Assembly: GCA_965652295.1 (NCBI GenBank)
Contig: CBFGTS010000004.1
Span: 1 to 64,000, forward strand
DNA: 64,000 nucleotides
Direction of reading: 5' to 3'
Source of the DNA: an uncultured Haloferula sp.
GTDB taxonomy: Bacteria; Verrucomicrobiota; Verrucomicrobiia; Verrucomicrobiales; Akkermansiaceae
Shown here piece by piece: positions 59,759-64,000 of this stretch. Position numbers and translations under genes: made by a program. The notes beneath the pieces are model-generated. The model searched no databases. It had not been told where the DNA came from and saw nothing but the letters and a program-made list of their open reading frames with translations. Position 1 is the first letter of the stretch, and each line of letters opens with the position of its first letter.

Positions 59759-60463
59759 ATGAACAAGGTGGTGACTGCGGAGAAAACGCTGCTCCGATAT
59801 CCTGAACTGTGGGTTGGCCGGAGGCAGGTCGTGTCGAACGGCTTCTGGTTTGTCGACATTCCCCGCTGCTCCTCGACCTCGATCCGGGCGCAGCTGGGAA
59901 AGCGCTTCGGCCGCGCGCATGGGCGGACGGCGGCCCAGCTGCGCAAAGGCAAAGGAATGCCCTACTTTGCCGATCACGTGACCGCCCAAGCGATGCGCAA
60001 GGCTTTGCCCAAAGGTGCCTGGGAGCGCTTGTTCACCTTCACCCTGGTCCGCAACCCTTGGGACCGGCTGGTGTCTCTCTACCATCATCGGGTCAAGGAA
60101 CGGGACCTTCCCGCGGAACTGCCGTTCAAGGATTTCGTCGCCGGCTTGGAGAAGCCCCGCTACATGCTGAGCGGGCGGTTTCATTCCTCTCCGGTCTACT
60201 TTATGTCGATGGTCGATTTCCTTTGCGACCGCGAGGATCGGCTGATGGTGGACTTCGTGGGACGGTATGAGAGTCGCAAGGAGGATCTCGGGCGAATCGG
60301 CGAAAAGATCGGTTTTCCCGAGCTGGGCGACTTCCGGATGCAGGACACGACGAGCGGGCGGAACCGGCACTATTCAGAGGAATACGACGACCGGACTCGC
60401 CAGCTGGTGGCGACGTTTTACGCCGATGACATCGAGCGCTTCGGCTACCGCTTCGAGGATTGA
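59759..60463 (+). CDS. Sulfotransferase family 2 protein
   Basis: FVDIPRCSSTS (5'-PSB variant), FTLVRNPWDRLVSLY (3'-PB), FVGRYE, YADDIERFGY; start uncertain. Confidence 0.85.
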   Translation: MNKVVTAEKTLLRYPELWVGRRQVVSNGFWFVDIPRCSSTSIRAQLGKRFGRAHGRTAAQLRKGKGMPYFADHVTAQAMRKALPKGAWERLFTFTLVRNPWDRLVSLYHHRVKERDLPAELPFKDFVAGLEKPRYMLSGRFHSSPVYFMSMVDFLCDREDRLMVDFVGRYESRKEDLGRIGEKIGFPELGDFRMQDTTSGRNRHYSEEYDDRTRQLVATFYADDIERFGYRFED

Positions 60464-60477
60464 GGCGCGCCCGAGTC

Positions 60478-62007
60478 TCAGAATTGGAAGTAGATGAATT
60501 CGCTGATTTGGTCGAATTCCCGGCCAACGACGTAGAGCAGGGCGAGGGTGAAAGCGAGCCACGGCAGAGTGGGTCTCCACTGCCACCATTTCCTTGTCCC
60601 GTGGGAAGCACCCATCAGTGGGCGAAGTCCGATGGCGGGGGCGTAGCGTCGCATGAACTGCTGGGTGTTGGGCATGAGCCAGCAGATGATCAGGCCGAAG
60701 GCGATCGGCCGCAGGGCTCGGCTTTTCGTGACCACGACGTTGGTGAAGTCCGGCCAGCCGGAGAATCCCTCGGTGCCGAACATCGGGCCCAGAATCCTGC
60801 CACTTGCCCGCAGGGCATCGGTCATGGTTCCGGTGCCAAGGGATTCGTAATTGCCGGCGCGGAAAGGAATCCACGCCAAGGCGACGAGGAGGAATGTGAA
60901 ACCGATGGCGACGGGGCGCGGAGGGGTTGGCAGCGAGTGCTTCGAAGTGAGCCAGCGCCAGCCGTGGTTCAGGCAAAGGTAGATCCCATGGAGCCCCCCC
61001 CAAAGCAGGAAAGTGAGACCAGCACCATGCCAGAGGCCGCCCAACAGCATCGTGATGAGCAAATTGAAGTAGCGCCGCAGGGTGTTGCAGCGGCTGCCTC
61101 CGAGTGGGATGTAGAGGTAGTCGCGGAGAAAGCGGGACAGAGTGATGTGCCAGCGTCGCCAGAAATCGATGACGGAAGTCGCTTTGTAGGGAGAGTGGAA
61201 GTTGATGGGGAGCCGGATCCCGAAGAGGCGGGCGGAACCGATGGCCATGTCCGAGTAGCCGGAGAAGTCGAAGTAGATCTGGAGGGTGTATGCAAGGGTG
61301 GCGGCCCAGGCCTCGGCCATGGTGAGGGCTCGCGATTCGGACGCCGCCAGGTCGAAGAGCGGCGTGGCGGTGCGTGCGAGGTAGTCGGCGAAGACGACCT
61401 TTTTGAAGAGCCCGAGAATCAGGATCGTGGAGCCGACGGAGAGGTCGAGTGATGAAAGACCGCGTGCACCACGTCTGCGGAATTGCGGAAGCATTTCCCG
61501 GTGGTGGACGATGGGGCCGGCGATCAGCTGCGGGAAAAAGGTGACGAAAAGCAGGTAGTCGGTGAAGTGATATTCCTCGGTCTCGCCCCGCCAGGCATCG
61601 ACCAAATAAGCTACCTGTTGAAAGGTGAAAAAGGAGATGCCGAGGGGCAGGACGACCTCCGGGATCGGGAAGTCACGCTGGCTGAGCAGGATGATGCTTT
61701 TTGCAAGCAGGCCAGCGTATTTGAAGTAGGCGAGGAAAGCCAAGTTCATGACCACACCGGTGGTCAGAGCGAGGTGTCCCGCACGGGTTCCACGGTGTCG
61801 GGATATGAACCGGCCGAAGTAAAAGTTGGCGAAGCAGGAGGCACCGATGAGCCACAGGTTGCTCCAGTCCCAGAAGCCGTAGTAAAAAATTGAAGCGAGG
61901 ACGAGAAAGCCCACTCCGACGCTGAAGGGTGCCTGGCGAAGCAGCTGAAAGCCGATCAGGACGACCGGCAGGAAAAGGAGCAGGTAGATGTAGGAATTGA
62001 AGAGCAC
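60478..62007 (-). CDS. MBOAT family O-acyltransferase, copy 3
   Basis: GTG start (V)LFNSY; same motif set; C-terminal FIYFQF. Confidence 0.95.
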   Translation of the reverse strand: MLFNSYIYLLLFLPVVLIGFQLLRQAPFSVGVGFLVLASIFYYGFWDWSNLWLIGASCFANFYFGRFISRHRGTRAGHLALTTGVVMNLAFLAYFKYAGLLAKSIILLSQRDFPIPEVVLPLGISFFTFQQVAYLVDAWRGETEEYHFTDYLLFVTFFPQLIAGPIVHHREMLPQFRRRGARGLSSLDLSVGSTILILGLFKKVVFADYLARTATPLFDLAASESRALTMAEAWAATLAYTLQIYFDFSGYSDMAIGSARLFGIRLPINFHSPYKATSVIDFWRRWHITLSRFLRDYLYIPLGGSRCNTLRRYFNLLITMLLGGLWHGAGLTFLLWGGLHGIYLCLNHGWRWLTSKHSLPTPPRPVAIGFTFLLVALAWIPFRAGNYESLGTGTMTDALRASGRILGPMFGTEGFSGWPDFTNVVVTKSRALRPIAFGLIICWLMPNTQQFMRRYAPAIGLRPLMGASHGTRKWWQWRPTLPWLAFTLALLYVVGREFDQISEFIYFQF

Positions 62008-62012
62008 GGAAG

Positions 62013-63233
62013 TCAGGGTTGGCCGGCCTGCCGGAGCTTTTCTTCCTTCCAAGCCAGATCGTCCGCTCCGGGGCCGGTGAGCCAAGCGTGATAGCGTCGT
62101 TTGGCTCCCGCGAGCCAGGCGTCGATGTTGGCGTCATCAAGGCGGATTCCGTAATCGGATCGGGCGGGGTTGTTCAACGGCCAGCCCATGATCCGGGCAA
62201 GGATGAGATCGCCGATATGCGGCTCGTAGTGGTTCAAGTCTCCCCAGTTTTTCATGCGGGACTGGCGATCGTCGGGAAGAGGTTCGCAGTTGATCGGATG
62301 AAAATTTCCGAAGTCCCAGATTTCGACCGGGGGGCCGTCCAGGGGAAGCGTGTTGACCCGGTTGGCGATCTGCAGAATGGCCCGGCGTTCGCCTTCGTAG
62401 GGCACGATGGGTTGTCCGATGTGCTCCTGGCGCGCATGGAGCAGGGCGTGCTGGGGATGGATTAGACTGACGAAGCGGATGCCGCGGGCGCGGCAGTCCC
62501 GCATCAAGGATTCGAGAAGGACCACTTTCTCAGGGTTCATTTCGTCCGATTCCACCCCGAGTTCAAGCCCCGGCAGGCCGAGGCTGCCGCCACCGGTGAG
62601 AAGCTGGGCGAGGAAATCGAGCTGGGGGACCGCCGGAGGCTTTTCCGGGCGCAAGCGCTGGCCGCGGGGGCTGTACTGAGGCCGTCGGCCGGTCCACTTT
62701 CGTTTCAGAGTCTCAAGCGAAGCTTCGAAGGTTGAGATGCCGAACCAGTAGCGAAGTTCACGGTTGACGGCCTCCCGCTCTGGACCGAGTGGAGAGGAAT
62801 AAAAGTCTCCGATGGTCCGGGTGTCGACCTTGGAACTGAGGTCCCCGGGATCGAGGCCGAAGATGATCAGCTCGGGTTCGTGCTTGGACAGGATGTAGCG
62901 ACAGAAGGCCTCGCCCTCAAAGATGAAGGCTCCCCCGCAGCCGAAGTTGACCACGTCCTGGCGTCTCCAATGGGGGTTGGCGGGGTCGAGTGCGTTGGCG
63001 ACGCGGGAAGAGCCGATCAGAGCGACTCCGATTGACGGGAGATAGCGGACATAGCCGCATTTACCGGTCCGCAGGGCGCTGGAATAGTCGCGCCAAGGGT
63101 CAAGGGAGGCGTCGCTGAAGCGAGCTGGAGTCACCCGCCATGGATTGACCCGGAGGTTGGTGACCAGGGTGATGACCAAAACCAGAGCCACCGTCCCAAA
63201 CAGACCAAGAAGGTAGCGGCGCGACCGAGACAT
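62013..63233 (-). CDS. Membrane-anchored SGNH-like MBOAT partner, copy 3
   Basis: N-terminal TM, VNPW, IGSSR, NFG, WDF..HPIN, DLNH. Confidence 0.7.
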   Translation of the reverse strand: MSRSRRYLLGLFGTVALVLVITLVTNLRVNPWRVTPARFSDASLDPWRDYSSALRTGKCGYVRYLPSIGVALIGSSRVANALDPANPHWRRQDVVNFGCGGAFIFEGEAFCRYILSKHEPELIIFGLDPGDLSSKVDTRTIGDFYSSPLGPEREAVNRELRYWFGISTFEASLETLKRKWTGRRPQYSPRGQRLRPEKPPAVPQLDFLAQLLTGGGSLGLPGLELGVESDEMNPEKVVLLESLMRDCRARGIRFVSLIHPQHALLHARQEHIGQPIVPYEGERRAILQIANRVNTLPLDGPPVEIWDFGNFHPINCEPLPDDRQSRMKNWGDLNHYEPHIGDLILARIMGWPLNNPARSDYGIRLDDANIDAWLAGAKRRYHAWLTGPGADDLAWKEEKLRQAGQP

Positions 63234-63354
63234 GCGCGGAGGCTGGGAAGGACGTGGCTTGTTTGTCAAATGGTGAATTGGTGAGCAGACAGCCCTCTGG
63301 GAAGGCTGCCGTTGAGGTTGACGAAGTCGCCGGCGGCCGCTCAGCCTGAGCGAA

Positions 63355-64000
63355 GTGGAAGGTGGAAGTCGATTGCCGGTGGGCGTGATGGTGCCCGTGC
63401 TGAATGCTCGCGAGGCGCTGCCTCGGCATGTGGAGGGGATGAAGCCTTGGCTGAACCTGGTGGAGGAAGTGGTCGTGGTCGACAGTGAGTCCGCCGACGG
63501 AAGTCTGGACTACCTGAAGAGCCAGTTGGATCTGCCCCACGTGCGTTTCCTTTCCCATCCGCCCGGTTTGTACCCTTCTTGGAATTACGGGATTTCCCAG
63601 CTGCGGAGCGAGTACTTCTTCGTGGCCACGATCGGCGATACGATGCCTGCGGAGACACTGCGGATCCTGCTGGAAAGCGCCGAACGCCTGTCTACCGATG
63701 TCTTGGTAGGTCTGCCACGCTTGGTCGACGGCTCGGGCCGTGCGCTGGCAAAGGAGTGGCCGCTACACCGGATGGTGAGGACAAATGGGATTGAGGAAGG
63801 AACTCAGTTGAGCGGAGAGGAGTGGCTCGGTTGGGCCTTGGCCGAGTTTCCCGCGACCCTGATCGGAAGTAGTGCGAGCAACCTGTATCGGACGCGGTTT
63901 TTCCAGGAACGTCCCTTTCCTACGGACTTTGGGCGGATCGGTGACTCAGCGTGGGCGGTGATGCATGCCTTCGAGGCGCGGTGGGGCGTCGAGCCGCGGG
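63355..64000 (+). CDS. Glycosyltransferase family 2 (partial, runs off the window end; not in the ORF track)
   Basis: Manual translation: VGVMVPVLN...EVVVVDSESADGS...PPGLYPSWNYGI...YFFVATIGD; start uncertain. Confidence 0.8.
   Translation, partial: MEGGSRLPVGVMVPVLNAREALPRHVEGMKPWLNLVEEVVVVDSESADGSLDYLKSQLDLPHVRFLSHPPGLYPSWNYGISQLRSEYFFVATIGDTMPAETLRILLESAERLSTDVLVGLPRLVDGSGRALAKEWPLHRMVRTNGIEEGTQLSGEEWLGWALAEFPATLIGSSASNLYRTRFFQERPFPTDFGRIGDSAWAVMHAFEARWGVEPR

Overview
GC-rich bacterial chromosome segment, most likely Verrucomicrobiota (Luteolibacter/Haloferula-like). The basis is PEP-CTERM proteins, a TIGR02999-type ECF sigma/kinase pair, and a perfect TGTTC-N4-GAACA box upstream of lexA. 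The housekeeping backbone includes a UvrD/Rep helicase, ychF, sahR-like regulator/metK/ahcY, tRNA-Gln, lipA, phospho-sugar mutase, lnt, crcB, thiG, mdh, hpt, ABC-F, class I fumarase and lexA. Accessory modules interrupt it: (i) an RHS/YD remnant with an AT-rich orphan ORF; (ii) a single-chain beta-CASP nuclease-ATP-dependent DNA ligase; (iii) an ECF sigma + Ser/Thr kinase pair diverging from a PEP-CTERM LamG protein, a flavin-dependent halogenase and a large double-LamG protein (best candidate for an undescribed system); (iv) three PIN toxin-antitoxin pairs with three different antitoxin folds; (v) a DUF1080/TIM-barrel/Gfo-Idh-MocA sugar catabolic operon with an Nramp-like transporter; (vi) a membrane-anchored ECF sigma plus paralogue; (vii) a glycan-decoration locus with three MBOAT + SGNH-like pairs, a GT11, a sulfotransferase and a GT2. 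Many genes look leaderless and several REP-like palindromes occur. All calls come from reading motifs by eye; no searches were run, and several starts were moved from the ORF track to more plausible downstream codons.
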